This document shows, in pieces, positions 9,631 through 20,777 of a DNA stretch of 64,000 nucleotides (position 1 is the stretch's first letter; each line of letters opens with the position of its first letter). Source of the DNA: Obrimoposthia wandeli (lineage: Eukaryota); contig CDROCS010000253.1 of NCBI GenBank assembly GCA_977020255.1, positions 2,790,001 to 2,854,000 of the forward strand, in the 5' to 3' direction. Under the pieces are notes generated by a model, which ran no database searches, was not told the DNA's origin, and worked only from the letters and a program-made list of their open reading frames with translations. Made by a program: the position numbers and the translations under genes.

Positions 9631-11301
9631 ATGTCGGATACCGAAAACCGCCCAACAAACTTTATTCGTAATATCATTGATGCCGATCTAGATAGTGGTA
9701 AACATACCAGTGTGCAGACACGTTTTCCACCAGAGCCAAATGGTTTTTTACATATTGGTCATGCAAAAGCAATTTGCTTAAACTTTGGCATTGCTCAAGA
9801 TTATAACGGTTTATGTAACTTACGTTTTGATGATACCAACCCTGAAAAAGAAGACATTGATTACGTTCATGCTATTCAAAAAGATGTGCAGTGGTTAGGT
9901 TTTGAGTGGGCAGGAGAGGTTAACTATTCTTCTAATTACTTTGACCAATTACATGGTTTTGCGGTTGAACTTATTGAAAAAGGTTTAGCGTATGTTTGTT
10001 TCTTAAATGCGGAAGAAACACGTGAATATCGTGGTACGTTGAATAAGCCGGGTAAAAATAGCCCTTATCGTGATACTTCAGTTGAAGAGAACTTAGCCTT
10101 ATTTGCCAAAATGAAAAATGGTGAGTTTGAAGAAGGTATTTGTGCTTTACGTGCGAAAATAGACATGAGCTCAAGCTTTATGTGTCTGCGCGATCCAATC
10201 ATTTATCGCGTACGTTTTGCTCATCATCACCAAACAGGTGATAAGTGGTGCATTTATCCAATGTATGACTTTACCCATTGCTTATCTGATGCATTAGAAG
10301 GCATCACCCATTCTATTTGTACCTTAGAGTTTCAAGATAATCGACGTTTATACGACTGGGTAATTGAAAACGTTTCAGTACCAAGTACGCCACATCAATA
10401 TGAATTTTCTCGCTTAAACCTTGAATATACCCTGATGAGTAAGCGCAAGCTAAATACGTTAGTGGAAGAAAAATTAGTTGATAGCTGGGACGATCCGCGT
10501 ATGCCAACGATTGCCGCTTTTCGTCGTCGAGGTTATACCCCCGCGTCAATGCGCGAGTTTGCCAAGCGAATCGGTGTCACTAAAATGGAAAACACTATTG
10601 AGATAAGTGTTTTAGAAGCCTGTATCCGTGAAGATTTAAATGATAATGCTCCTCGCGCAATGGCTGTTTTAGATCCTATTACATTAGTGATTGAAAACTA
10701 CCCTGAAGAAAAAACTGAAGATCTTGTTGTGAAAAATCATCCAAGTGATGACGAGCAAGGAACACGTATTGTGCCATTTTCTAAAGTGCTTTACATTGAA
10801 GCGGAAGATTTTAGAGAAGAAGCTAACAAAAAATATAAACGTTTAGTTATTGATAAAGCAGTACGTTTACGTGGCGCTTACGTGGTTACCGCAACACGTT
10901 GCGACAAAGATGAAGCAGGTAATGTCACCACTGTTTACTGTACTTACAATGAAGATACTTTAGGTAAAAATCCAACTGACGGCACTAAACCTAAAGGTGT
11001 AATTCATTGGGTTGATGCCACTAAATCACTTGATGCGACAGTACGTTTATATGACCGATTATTTACGGTGCCTAACCCAGCAGCAGAGGACGATTTTAAT
11101 TCAGTTATTAATCCTGAGTCTTTAATTACTATTACCGCTGCTAAAGTTGAACCGTCATTAGCAGAGGCAAAAGCTGAATGTGCCTATCAGTTTGAACGCC
11201 AAGGCTATTTCTGTTTAGATAATGATATAAAAGAACCAGGCGCATTAGTCTTCAATCGTACGGTTGGTCTAAGAGATACCTGGGCTAAAATCAGTCAGTA
11301 A
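9631..11301 (+). CDS. glnS: Glutamine--tRNA ligase
   Basis: [16 protein letters not shown] (HIGH), MSKRKL, FERQGYF motifs. Confidence 0.97.
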   Translation: MSDTENRPTNFIRNIIDADLDSGKHTSVQTRFPPEPNGFLHIGHAKAICLNFGIAQDYNGLCNLRFDDTNPEKEDIDYVHAIQKDVQWLGFEWAGEVNYSSNYFDQLHGFAVELIEKGLAYVCFLNAEETREYRGTLNKPGKNSPYRDTSVEENLALFAKMKNGEFEEGICALRAKIDMSSSFMCLRDPIIYRVRFAHHHQTGDKWCIYPMYDFTHCLSDALEGITHSICTLEFQDNRRLYDWVIENVSVPSTPHQYEFSRLNLEYTLMSKRKLNTLVEEKLVDSWDDPRMPTIAAFRRRGYTPASMREFAKRIGVTKMENTIEISVLEACIREDLNDNAPRAMAVLDPITLVIENYPEEKTEDLVVKNHPSDDEQGTRIVPFSKVLYIEAEDFREEANKKYKRLVIDKAVRLRGAYVVTATRCDKDEAGNVTTVYCTYNEDTLGKNPTDGTKPKGVIHWVDATKSLDATVRLYDRLFTVPNPAAEDDFNSVINPESLITITAAKVEPSLAEAKAECAYQFERQGYFCLDNDIKEPGALVFNRTVGLRDTWAKISQ

Positions 11302-11378
11302 CGTCAACAAAAGCATAATGAAAAGCATCGTAAATTTGTTAACAGTCTTGATAAGGACTTAATTAACAGTGATTTATT

Positions 11379-11422
11379 AAAAAAGCCAGTGGCGAGTTAT
11401 AAAACTCAACACTGGCTTTTTT
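11379..11422. terminator. Bidirectional Rho-independent terminator between glnS and ilvH
   Basis: AAAAAAGCCAGTG...CACTGGCTTTTTT between convergent genes. Confidence 0.85.
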
Positions 11423-11439
11423 ATTGCTGGATTACTTGG

Positions 11440-11937
11440 TTAAATCCGTAAGGCTTTATCACCGCGAGCCATACCAACACAACCTGAGCGAGCTGATTCA
11501 ATAATCTCAGTCTCATTTTGTAGGGCATTAATAAAGGCATTGAGCTTTTCAGCGTCACCGGTGAGTTGAACCGTATACACTTGCTTGCCAATATCGATAA
11601 TATTACCGCGAAATATATCCGTTATGCGTTTTACTTCAGTTCGGGATTTATCCGTCATCGCAGCAACTTTCACTAATAATAGTTCACGCTCAATATGCTG
11701 TCTGTCGGTGATATCGATAATTTTAATCACGTCAATAAGCTTATTTACTTGTTTAACAATTTGCTCTAAAACCTTGTCGTCACCTTTAGTGGCAATGGTC
11801 ATACGGGACAAACTATTATCATCAGTTGGCGCAACCGTTAAGCTTTCAATATTAAAAGCACGTTGAGAGAATAAGCCAACGATTCGTGATAATGATCCAG
11901 GTTCGTTTTCCATCAAAATAGCTAAAATTCTACGCAT
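11440..11937 (-). CDS. ilvH: Acetolactate synthase small (regulatory) subunit
   Basis: MRRILAILMENEPGSLSRIVGLFSQRAFNIESL ACT domain; GGAG RBS upstream of the ATG at 11937. Confidence 0.95.
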   Translation of the reverse strand: MRRILAILMENEPGSLSRIVGLFSQRAFNIESLTVAPTDDNSLSRMTIATKGDDKVLEQIVKQVNKLIDVIKIIDITDRQHIERELLLVKVAAMTDKSRTEVKRITDIFRGNIIDIGKQVYTVQLTGDAEKLNAFINALQNETEIIESARSGCVGMARGDKALRI

Positions 11938-12058
11938 TATGGCTTTCTCCATTGCTCTGCAGGTTTTCTTTCATCAACAAGGAGTCGTTAAAAGTATGTG
12001 TGAACGAACTGAGTTCATTTTCCGTCAGCATAACTAACATAGCTAAAATTCTACGCAT
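11930..12058 (-). CDS. 42-aa ORF between ilvI and ilvH that starts with a duplicated ilvH N-terminus
   Basis: [45 protein letters not shown] overlaps the ilvI TAA and its TAG overlaps the ilvH start; a 24-bp direct repeat flanks it. Confidence 0.4.
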   Translation of the reverse strand: MRRILAMLVMLTENELSSFTHTFNDSLLMKENLQSNGESHNA

Positions 12059-13785
12059 TATGCTTTAACTCCCTTTTTCAGCCACATTTCATCAATTGCA
12101 CCCGTACGTATCTGCATAGGGTAAACATGCTCTTTCTCGTCAACCATAACGTCGACAAAAACTAAGCGGTCTTTGATATTAAAAGCTTGTGTCAGTTTTT
12201 CTTCTAGCTCATCTAAGTGATCAATCTTAATACCGACATGACCGTAAGCCTCTGCGACTTTAACAAAGTCAGGCAAGGATTCCATATAGGAAGAGGAGTG
12301 GCGACCACCATAAACCATATCCTGCCATTGGCGTACCATACCAAGGGAGCGGTTATTTAAGGTAACGATAACAACGGGTAATTTATATTGTGAGCAGGTA
12401 GAAAGCTCTTGGATGTTCATTTGAATAGAGCCATCGCCAGTTATACATACAACATGTTTGTCTGGGAAGGCTAATTTAACGCCCATCGCTGCTGGTAAGC
12501 CAAAGCCCATGGTGCCAGCTCCACCGGAGTTAATCCAGCGACGCGGTTTAGCAAAAGGGTAGTGTTGAGCGGCAAACATCTGATGCTGGCCAACATCAGA
12601 GCAAACATATGCGTCGCCTTGGGTTATTTTATATAAGGCTTCAACAACACGTTGAGGTTTTATCTTTTCATTTTCAGCTTGCTCATAGCTCATGCTTTTC
12701 ACATTGCGCCATAAGTTTATTTGTTGCCACCATTGACTCAATGCCGCTTCATCAGGGGAGAAATTAATGTCACTTAATTCATCTAATAATTGCTGCATAA
12801 CTACATCAACTAAGCCAACAACGGGAATGTGAGCATTAATCGTTTTTGATATTGATGTCGGGTCAATATCAACATGAATAATAGTGGCGTGAGGGCAAAA
12901 CTTATCAACATTATTTGTCACCCTATCATCAAAACGAGCACCAAGAGCTAAGATAACATCAGCATTGGCCATACTCTTATTCGCTTCTAAACTACCATGC
13001 ATTCCCAGCATGCCAATAAACTGTTTATGGGTTCCTGAAATACCACCAAGGCCCATTAACGTATTGGTAATAGGGGCTTTTAATGTTTCAACTAAAGTGG
13101 TTAGTAATTCAGATGCATCCGCTAAAACAACACCACCACCAGAATAAACTACAAGCTTTTTGGCGTTAGCAATGGCTTGTGCTGCTTTTTTTATTTGCTT
13201 CGTGTGACCCTTAATATTAGGGTTGTAAGAGCGAATTTTAACATCAGTTTCAATACTAAATGGCCCTTTGTTTTGTGGGATCAAGATATCTTTAGGAAGT
13301 TCGATCACTACTGGGCCAGGTCTACCTGTACTCGCTAAATAAAAGGCCTTAGAGATGGCATCAGGAATGTCGGCCAAGCTTCGACAGCTAAAACTGTGCT
13401 TGATAATAGGGCGAGTACAGCCAACTATATCGGTTTCTTGAAAAGCATCGTTACCGATAAGCGATGTTGCCACTTGACCGGCAAGCACTACCATCGGGAT
13501 TGAATCCATATAAGCCGTCGCTATACCGGTCACACAGTTAGTTGCGCCAGGACCAGAGGTTGCCAATACAACACCCACTTTTCCTGTTGCCCTAGCATAG
13601 CCATCCGCCATATGAGTAGCTGCTTGTTCATGACGTACTAAAATATGCTCAATTTCATCTTGTTGAAATATAGCATCATATATATCTAAAACGGACCCGC
13701 CAGGGTAACCGAAAATGTATTTAACCTTGAGTGCTGATAGTGATTTAACTACCATCTCTGCACCAGTAAAAAGCTCAGTTGTCAT
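12058..13785 (-). CDS. ilvI: Acetolactate synthase III large subunit
   Basis: [30 protein letters not shown] (TPP-binding) motifs. Confidence 0.95.
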   Translation of the reverse strand: MTTELFTGAEMVVKSLSALKVKYIFGYPGGSVLDIYDAIFQQDEIEHILVRHEQAATHMADGYARATGKVGVVLATSGPGATNCVTGIATAYMDSIPMVVLAGQVATSLIGNDAFQETDIVGCTRPIIKHSFSCRSLADIPDAISKAFYLASTGRPGPVVIELPKDILIPQNKGPFSIETDVKIRSYNPNIKGHTKQIKKAAQAIANAKKLVVYSGGGVVLADASELLTTLVETLKAPITNTLMGLGGISGTHKQFIGMLGMHGSLEANKSMANADVILALGARFDDRVTNNVDKFCPHATIIHVDIDPTSISKTINAHIPVVGLVDVVMQQLLDELSDINFSPDEAALSQWWQQINLWRNVKSMSYEQAENEKIKPQRVVEALYKITQGDAYVCSDVGQHQMFAAQHYPFAKPRRWINSGGAGTMGFGLPAAMGVKLAFPDKHVVCITGDGSIQMNIQELSTCSQYKLPVVIVTLNNRSLGMVRQWQDMVYGGRHSSSYMESLPDFVKVAEAYGHVGIKIDHLDELEEKLTQAFNIKDRLVFVDVMVDEKEHVYPMQIRTGAIDEMWLKKGVKA

Positions 13786-13843
13786 GCCATCACCTTAATT
13801 CTTTGAAAATATAATGTTTTGAATAAATTAATCTTGAGATAAT

Positions 13844-13880
13844 AAAAAACCCTCGGTCTTAAAAAGAGCGAGGGTTTATT
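13844..13880 (-). terminator. Attenuator terminator of ilvIH
   Basis: Minus strand AAACCCTCG...CGAGGGTTT followed by a T run, between the leader peptide and ilvI. Confidence 0.85.
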
Positions 13881-13903
13881 GATATTCTGCTTAATTGTTT
13901 TTG

Positions 13904-13987
13904 CTAAGCACAAAGTATCCCCGCTAATGGTGAAAGTACCACTACGACTATGAGGACGACATTGAGGATAGTTGTTTTAAAAATCAT
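13904..13987 (-). CDS. ilv attenuator leader peptide (27 aa)
   Basis: MIFKTTILNVVLIVVVVLSPLAGILCA*, with an Ile/Leu/Val run, upstream of the terminator hairpin. Confidence 0.85.
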   Translation of the reverse strand: MIFKTTILNVVLIVVVVLSPLAGILCA

Positions 13988-14275
13988 ACAATCTTACAAA
14001 AACGTAAATATTTTAATTAGTACTATTTTTAAAGACTTTCACCACTTGTGTCAACCAATAAATACAAAACTATAGAAATAGTGCTATTTAGAGTTTTACT
14101 TGAGTTTTGACGATTACTTTATTTTTATATTTTTTACAACTTGTTATGACTGAAAACAATTTAAATCACTGTTTTTTCTGTATTACTAACCTATTATGAT
14201 TTATATTAAATGTAACATTATATCGCAGGCCTATAGAGTTATAACATTGGTCTTACAACAAAAAATGGAATAGAT

Positions 14276-14854
14276 ATGAACCCAATTAAATTATTAATAA
14301 TTACTGGCTTAATTGCTTTTACTGCTGGTTGTGCGACCAATTCAGCTAAAGTTGATTTTGATAAAAATACTGAAATTGAAACTATTAACTATAAAACCTT
14401 TGCTTGGTTAACGACAACGAAGATCATGGCGGCACCGGTAGATATTAATCCGGTAATGAAAGCAAGAGTTGATAGCAGTATTGAACAAGCTTTTATTGCT
14501 AAAGGCTACCAATTAGTTGATAACGCTGAAAATGCGGATTTTACTATTTCTTATACGGTAGGTAGTCGCGAAAAGATTAAAGTAAATAGTTATCCAGCAA
14601 CCTATAACAGCGGCTTTGGTTGGGGACGTGGTTATTATGGCGGCCGAGGCTACTACGGCACCATGTCTATGGGTACAGAAACTAGTGTTAGACAATACAC
14701 AGAAGGTAAGTTAGCTATTGATGTTTATGATGTTAAAAACCATCAACCAGTGTGGCATGGTTGGGCGACGAAGCGCTTAAGCTCAGAAGATAAAGAAACA
14801 CCATCAGCAACATTAAATGATATTGTAATCAAAGTAGTGAATCAGTTTTACTAA
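14276..14854 (+). CDS. DUF4136-like lipoprotein
   Basis: Lipobox TAGC, YKTFAW, Gly/Tyr-rich segment, YTEGKLAIDVYD...VWHGWA. Confidence 0.8.
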   Translation: MNPIKLLIITGLIAFTAGCATNSAKVDFDKNTEIETINYKTFAWLTTTKIMAAPVDINPVMKARVDSSIEQAFIAKGYQLVDNAENADFTISYTVGSREKIKVNSYPATYNSGFGWGRGYYGGRGYYGTMSMGTETSVRQYTEGKLAIDVYDVKNHQPVWHGWATKRLSSEDKETPSATLNDIVIKVVNQFY

Positions 14855-14879
14855 GAGATAACTTTACTTGATTATGTAC

Positions 14880-14907
14880 AAAAAAAACGGCTTAGCCGTT
14901 TTTTTTT
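14880..14907. terminator. Rho-independent terminator
   Basis: A8-CGGC-TTA-GCCG-T9. Confidence 0.85.
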
Positions 14908-14979
14908 GCGTAAAATAAAATCACTTACCAAGGACGTTGGCAGATTTTGATCAGAGTGCAATACCCTGACTTCTATCGA

Positions 14980-15355
14980 CTCCGAATTTTAACCTTTTGA
15001 TAGTTTATCTACGGTTGCTAAGCAAGCGGCCATAAAAGTATCAATAAAGTATGCTACTTCAGGCATGTTATCTTTTAGCTCTGATATTTTTATTGCTAAG
15101 CGTTGCTCAACATTCTTGTTCTGCTAATAATTCAATCTTCTTAAATTCTCTAGCTATTTCTTTATTCGCGTACTTTGTTGGATTAACAATATCACCGTAG
15201 CGGTATTTTTCAAGACAGTTGTCGCCTAAATTGTTAAGTAGCTTCTTTATGTTGCTCTGGATTTAACTCCACAGCGCCTATTGGCTGCCAATTTCACTGA
15301 GCCATTGCAAAACACTTCATTCAATTACTGCTTTGCGAATGTTTTCCTGTCGTTA
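14980..15355 (-). pseudogene. Decayed gene fragment of unknown family at the island's left edge
   Basis: Protein-like minus-strand text (RQENIRKAVIE*SVLQWL...KYANKEIAREFKKIELLAEQ / NVEQRLAIKISELKDNMPEVAYFIDTF) broken by three stops and a frameshift. Confidence 0.35.
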
Positions 15356-15546
15356 AGCAAGCATGTTATTAGATGAAATAATGGTTGAGAACAAAGTTAC
15401 AGTGGTTATAGGTACAACAAGAAATCATAGCGGGCTAGTCGTCAGCTACAGCCAAAGCCTTGTCTCATAGCATGAAAGGAAAATGTGCAAATAATTTATG
15501 TCAAAGGGGTTAAATACCGTGTTTTTTTTTAAGTATTGTTAGTGAT

Positions 15547-15564
15547 AACCAACTTTAGTTGGTT
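15547..15564. promoter_or_regulatory. CCAAC-N4-GTTGG operator, perfect palindromic copy
   Basis: AACCAAC-TTTA-GTTGGTT upstream of the acyl-CoA ligase operon. Confidence 0.6.
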
Positions 15565-15625
15565 CCTATGCGATTCTTGATTCGGCAAGCTATCTACTAT
15601 TACAAGCTTGTTGCGGTACGTCTTA

Positions 15626-15686
15626 TATACCCGTTATCCATCAAAGAAGCGCTCTGAAAACAGCATATTGAATGGTGACGGGTATA
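15626..15686. repeat. ERIC-like MITE, short copy
   Basis: TATACCCGTT...GACGGGTATA imperfect terminal inverted repeats. Confidence 0.7.
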
Positions 15687-15871
15687 TGCGGGATGTAATG
15701 AAATAAAAGGGTATCGATAGGTTAATCGATGCCTCTTTAAATAAGGTCATTACTATCACAGTCCAAGGTCTATGGCACGGGATGAATGTCGCACAGTATC
15801 CTTATCAGACTGAGTACAACCTGAGCGATGGTTAGCAGTTTTTAGTTAAAAATAAATAGGAGTTTATAATA

Positions 15872-17437
15872 ATGAATTTAACACAACTTTTACATCGCAA
15901 TGTACTGTTGCGTCCAGATCAAGACGCAGTATTTTATCGAGATAGATCTTTGACCTACCGCGAGTTGGCGAAACGGGTCGCATGCTTAGCAGGTGGACTG
16001 CGTAATATTGGTGTTAAAGAAGGCGAAAGCGTGCCTTTGTTGTCGATGAATTCCAGCCGCTATCTAGAATATCTGTTTGCCGTTCCTTGGGCTGGGGCAG
16101 CCTACAATTTGGTCAATGTGCGCTGGAGTGTTGCAGAAATAGCTTTCTCACTAGTTGATTCTAGTGCTCGCTTTCTTGTTGTGGATGACACCTTTGCTTC
16201 AATGGTGGCAGAGATAAAAGAAAAGACACCTCTACTGGAGTTTGTGATTTATGCCGGTGATGGCGAATGTCCTGAAGGCATGCTTAGCTATGAGCTATTG
16301 CTTGCAGAGGCGGAGCCGATTGAGGATGCTTATCGAAGCGGTGATGATCTTGCAGGTATCTTTTATACAGGCGGCACTACTGGTACGCCTAAAGGCGTTA
16401 TGTTGAGTCATACAAATTTAATGACGTTCGCATTGACAGGCGCTCAGATGAGTGGATTGTCTGCTCAGCCCCGTTGGTTGAATTGTGCCCCTTTGTTTCA
16501 TATCGCAGGTCTAGGTATGTTGTTGATGTCGTTTATGCTGGGGGGAACTCAAATTATATTACCTGCGTTTACTCCAGCTGAGGTGATAAAAACAATTCGT
16601 GAGCAGGACGTGACGGATATGTTGCTTGTTCCAACGATGATACAAATGCTGCTAGATTATCCCGATTTTGATGTGGATGACTTTGCGAGTATGCAACATA
16701 TTCTTTACGGTGCCTCTCCCATGCCTCAGGGAACGATGAATAAAGCGCTGAAGCAATTGCCTGATGTTGGTTTTATTCAAGGTTATGGCATGACCGAATG
16801 TGGTTTGATCTCTATTTCAGCTGCTAGCAACCACACTGCAGAAGGGAATGAGTCGGGACGGATCCGTAGTGCAGGTCTCCCTGGCCCTGTACAGCAAGTT
16901 CGTATTGTCGATGAGCTTGGTGTTCCAGTGCCTTCTGGTACTGTTGGTGAAATTACGCTTCGTGGGCCAAATATTATGCTGGGTTATTGGGGAAAACCTG
17001 AGTTAACTCAAAAAGCTGTTGTTGATGGTTGGTTGCACACAGGAGATGGTGGCTACATGGATGAGCAAGGCTATATCTTTGTGGTTGATCGAGTGAAGGA
17101 TATGATTATCTCAGGGGGAGAGAATATTTATTCTGCCGAAGTGGAGACAATTATTTCGCAACATCCGGCTGTCGCCCAGTGTGCGGTGATCGGTATTCCC
17201 TCTGAAGATTGGGGTGAGACAGTTCATGCAGTGATCGTACTTGCTCCAGGAGAAGAAAACTCAGATCGTCTGACCACCGAACAGCTTCGTGACTTCTGTA
17301 AAGTACATATTGCCAGTTACAAATGTCCTAAATCTATGGCCCTTATTGATTCTCTACCTATTTCTGGAGCGGGAAAAATACTCAAAAACGAATTACGTAA
17401 GCCTTATTGGGAAGGGCGTGAGGCACAGGTGTCCTAA
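15872..17437 (+). CDS. Long-chain acyl-CoA synthetase (AMP-binding)
   Basis: YTGGTTGTPKG, GYGMTE, HTGD, DRVKDMIISGGEN, GKILK motifs. Confidence 0.9.
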   Translation: MNLTQLLHRNVLLRPDQDAVFYRDRSLTYRELAKRVACLAGGLRNIGVKEGESVPLLSMNSSRYLEYLFAVPWAGAAYNLVNVRWSVAEIAFSLVDSSARFLVVDDTFASMVAEIKEKTPLLEFVIYAGDGECPEGMLSYELLLAEAEPIEDAYRSGDDLAGIFYTGGTTGTPKGVMLSHTNLMTFALTGAQMSGLSAQPRWLNCAPLFHIAGLGMLLMSFMLGGTQIILPAFTPAEVIKTIREQDVTDMLLVPTMIQMLLDYPDFDVDDFASMQHILYGASPMPQGTMNKALKQLPDVGFIQGYGMTECGLISISAASNHTAEGNESGRIRSAGLPGPVQQVRIVDELGVPVPSGTVGEITLRGPNIMLGYWGKPELTQKAVVDGWLHTGDGGYMDEQGYIFVVDRVKDMIISGGENIYSAEVETIISQHPAVAQCAVIGIPSEDWGETVHAVIVLAPGEENSDRLTTEQLRDFCKVHIASYKCPKSMALIDSLPISGAGKILKNELRKPYWEGREAQVS

Positions 17438-17460
17438 CAATACTGACTAAGTAAGTCAGC

Positions 17461-17525
17461 TATACCCAAACTACTTCAAGATTCAGCAGTCGGACCTTGT
17501 AGCATCTTCAAGTGGTACGGGTATA
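17461..17525. repeat. ERIC-like MITE, short copy inside the operon
   Basis: TATACCCAAACTACTTCAAGATTC...GCATCTTCAAGTGGTACGGGTATA (19/24 inverted match). Confidence 0.75.
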
Positions 17526-17558
17526 TATTCGTGAAATAACTTAAAGAGGGTATATCTA

Positions 17559-18329
17559 ATGAAAGAGATAACGAGTGTAGTTCATCTTGAACGTTATCCA
17601 GATGGTGTTGCCACACTAACTATGATGAAGGCAAAAACGCTTAACGCGCTTGACGAGGCGTTATTAGTCGAATTACTAGAAAAGCTTAAAGAAGCAGACG
17701 CTGACGATGATATTAAAGTTGTCATTCTCACCGGAAGCGGCCGCGGATTTTGCTCTGGGGTCGACCTTACGGGTGGTGTATTGCAAGAAAACGCAGATAC
17801 ACTGGATGACTGGATCAGACAATTCGCCAACCCGGTTGTAGAATACATACGATCCATGTCTACAGTGGTGATTGCGGCTGTAAATGGCGTTGCTGTCGGT
17901 GCTGGTGTTAGCCTTGCGCTTGCCTGTGACATTGTCATGTCTGCAGCATCAGCCCGATATTTTCTTAGCTTTGCCAAAGTTGGAGTGGCTATGGATATGG
18001 GAGCATCGTGGATTTTGAGCAGAAGAATCGGCTCGATGCGTACTGCTGCCTTAACTATGTCTGCTGAGTGTTTCAATGCAGAAATGGCGTTGCAGTGGGG
18101 GCTATGTTATGAAGTCGTGGATGATGCCGAACTGATGTTGCGAACTTGTGAATTTGCCAGCCGAATTGCCAGCCGACCGATCTTAACGCTGGGAGCTTTG
18201 AAGTCCCAGATAAATTACGCGAATAAAGCAACGCTATCTGAAACGTTGGACTATGAAGCACGGATGCAGGGAATGCTAATGAGAACGGATCAGACACAAC
18301 AACTCATCAAAGAGTTTTCAGAGCGGTAA
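17559..18329 (+). CDS. Enoyl-CoA hydratase/isomerase (crotonase family, PaaG-like)
   Basis: GRGFCSGVDL, AAVNGVAVGAGVSLALACD, D-x-G motif. Confidence 0.85.
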   Translation: MKEITSVVHLERYPDGVATLTMMKAKTLNALDEALLVELLEKLKEADADDDIKVVILTGSGRGFCSGVDLTGGVLQENADTLDDWIRQFANPVVEYIRSMSTVVIAAVNGVAVGAGVSLALACDIVMSAASARYFLSFAKVGVAMDMGASWILSRRIGSMRTAALTMSAECFNAEMALQWGLCYEVVDDAELMLRTCEFASRIASRPILTLGALKSQINYANKATLSETLDYEARMQGMLMRTDQTQQLIKEFSER

Positions 18330-18348
18330 TTTAGGTAAAGGGAAATTA

Positions 18349-18508
18349 ATACCAATGGCAATAAATATGTGATCATTCTAAATGGACTAAATATTCCAAT
18401 AACATCGTTGCTTTCAATCCCAATAGCCAGCTATTGCTCAATCAAGCGCCTTGTTCTTGAAAATTTATCCTCATTGATATTTGATCACTAACTTATTGCC
18501 ATTGGTAT
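18349..18508. repeat. 160-bp MITE with 16-bp perfect TIRs
   Basis: ATACCAATGGCAATAA...TTATTGCCATTGGTAT, plus internal GTGATCA/TGATCAC symmetry. Confidence 0.8.
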
Positions 18509-18795
18509 AAGCTTGTTTATGACGTTACTTGCTAAAATCCTTTATTTGTTTGGAAAGTCAGAATACGCCTCGCACATGCTCAAGTACTTCGCTCAATTCC
18601 CACTAACTAAACTGCGTTTAACGACATAATCGCGCTATCAGCTGGTTTGGAATAGCGCTGATAGGTTAAGGCTCCTAGAAAAAATTCAAACGTCATGGCT
18701 TTCTGACTCGATCTCTTTGATTTCGATAGGGTAACTTGCATGACAATGACCTAATGCTCCATAAAGGTCCAAATTATTGAGAGGAATTATAGTAA

Positions 18796-19740
18796 ATGAA
18801 TATGCCTATTAATGAACAGCATTTAACTGTTGGTCATTATTTTATCGACACATCAGAAATAACAATATCTGTTTTTGAATGGGGTTCGCAATACAAATCC
18901 CTCCTACCTACACTTGTGCTGATACATGCGACTGGCTTTCATGCCCGTTGCTGGGATAAAGTCGTAAAACATCTGGGTAATCGCCATATATTAGCAATTG
19001 ATTTACGAGGGCACGGTCAAAGCGATAATACCCCCATTGTAGACTGGAGAGCTTTTGGTCAGGATGTTGAAGAAGTACTCACTAGACTGGACATTGAGAA
19101 TGCGATCGGCATTGGCCATTCGATGGGTGGCTTCACAGTATGCTATACAGCTCATCTTAATCGGGATCTATTTTCTCAGATTATATTAATAGACCCTGCT
19201 ATTATGTCACCTGACTCTTATAGATGTGATAATAACCCAATCGCTGTAGCGGCAGGCGAACAACATCCCGTCGTAAAAAGACGTAATACTTTTTCTTCTG
19301 TTGATGAGATGTTCGCGCTGTACAAAAAACGCCCGCCATTCAATACCTTCGATCAGGGTGTATTGTTAGATTACTGCAAGTATGGACTGACTAAATCTGA
19401 AAGTGGACATAAATTTCAGCTGGCCAGTCCTCCAGTTTTTGAAGCTTCTGTTTATCAAAAAGCTACGACTTTTAAGGATATATATAAGATTGTTGAATCA
19501 ATATCACTACCCATTACGATCATAAGAGCCATGGAACCAGAGAGTTCGGAAGAGCAACGTAGCTTTATGTACTCACCGACTTGGCCCGATCTGGTAGCAA
19601 AACTACCTTCAGGTAAAGATATTCATTTACCGGATGCTAGCCACTTAGTACCTATGCAAAATCCGAAACGTATAGCGGATTTAATCCTTAGTGAAATTAC
19701 AAATCTAGGGGACTTAGACAATATAGAAAATGTAGCGTAG
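18796..19740 (+). CDS. Alpha/beta hydrolase
   Basis: HATGF, DLRGHG, GHSMGG nucleophile elbow, ASHLVPM catalytic His. Confidence 0.85.
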   Translation: MNMPINEQHLTVGHYFIDTSEITISVFEWGSQYKSLLPTLVLIHATGFHARCWDKVVKHLGNRHILAIDLRGHGQSDNTPIVDWRAFGQDVEEVLTRLDIENAIGIGHSMGGFTVCYTAHLNRDLFSQIILIDPAIMSPDSYRCDNNPIAVAAGEQHPVVKRRNTFSSVDEMFALYKKRPPFNTFDQGVLLDYCKYGLTKSESGHKFQLASPPVFEASVYQKATTFKDIYKIVESISLPITIIRAMEPESSEEQRSFMYSPTWPDLVAKLPSGKDIHLPDASHLVPMQNPKRIADLILSEITNLGDLDNIENVA

Positions 19741-19936
19741 GAGGCGATAAATTCACTTTTGTAGCAAGATAAATTCAGAGTATCTTCGACGGAAGCCTTA
19801 TCCCTGCCATATTCCATTAATAGCCCGACATCGGGAGTTGAATCCATAACCCTGAAATAGGTATATTCAAATCCCGATGTGTAAGCACTAATGTATAGTA
19901 GAGCACTACCCCCTAAGACCAGCTATCTACTAGATG

Positions 19937-20734
19937 TTAGCGAACTCGTTTAAGCGCATTTTTACTGAAATCACTGGGTTTTAGGCCAGTTTTAAATGCA
20001 AAGTTAGTCGACTTAAGTACAGTGCTTTTACCGTTTTGATGGTTAAATACTTTCGTTTCGTTTGGGCGCCAAAACTTACCAAGATACTGCTGATAATCCG
20101 TATAATTTAGGGTTTTAAGTAAAGTGCTTTTTCGATCATAAAAATCAATTTTTTGGGTCCTATATTCCTTTTTATCAATCCATACGATCCGCTTGGTATA
20201 ACCTGAATTTTTATCAACTGGAATTTGCTCTACCATGTAACTATCGAGTCCATTGAGTACGTCATCGCCTAAATATTTGTAGTTATATTTTTCTACTTCA
20301 AAGGAACTCAAATCTTCGAAAGCAAACTCGGAACCCATAAATGGGCCTGATTTATTGCTTGATGAAATTCGTTTTACACGTTTTAATGCGGGTAAATATA
20401 ACCATTGATCGTCTGCACCTACCGGGTGAGAAACACTTAAAAATGCGGTACCTTTGACATCTCTAGGCTTATTAAAAATAGTCAGACTCTTATCACCGTC
20501 GTCTAGTTGCTCTAGCGATTTCATTTTTATCTCCCGAATGCTTTCTTGTCCTTGCTTATTTCGTAGCAACATTCGCATCTCAGCGGTGCTATCATTCCAG
20601 CCTATATCACGTTGTTTAACTATTTTAGATATCTCTAGTCCCCGTTCTTCTGCCGTGATTGCAAAGCTTAGGTTACTAATAAAAATCAACGTGATAGCGC
20701 CAACAATATGAGTTATTATTTTTTTGGTTAACAT
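19937..20734 (-). CDS. Outer-membrane lipoprotein-sorting (LolA-fold) periplasmic protein
   Basis: Signal peptide; DDQWLYLPALKRVKRI and FMGSEFAFEDL motifs. Confidence 0.85.
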   Translation of the reverse strand: MLTKKIITHIVGAITLIFISNLSFAITAEERGLEISKIVKQRDIGWNDSTAEMRMLLRNKQGQESIREIKMKSLEQLDDGDKSLTIFNKPRDVKGTAFLSVSHPVGADDQWLYLPALKRVKRISSSNKSGPFMGSEFAFEDLSSFEVEKYNYKYLGDDVLNGLDSYMVEQIPVDKNSGYTKRIVWIDKKEYRTQKIDFYDRKSTLLKTLNYTDYQQYLGKFWRPNETKVFNHQNGKSTVLKSTNFAFKTGLKPSDFSKNALKRVR

Positions 20735-20777
20735 TTCATTATTCCTATTTTAGGTGTTTTATTTCGATGCTGAATTA

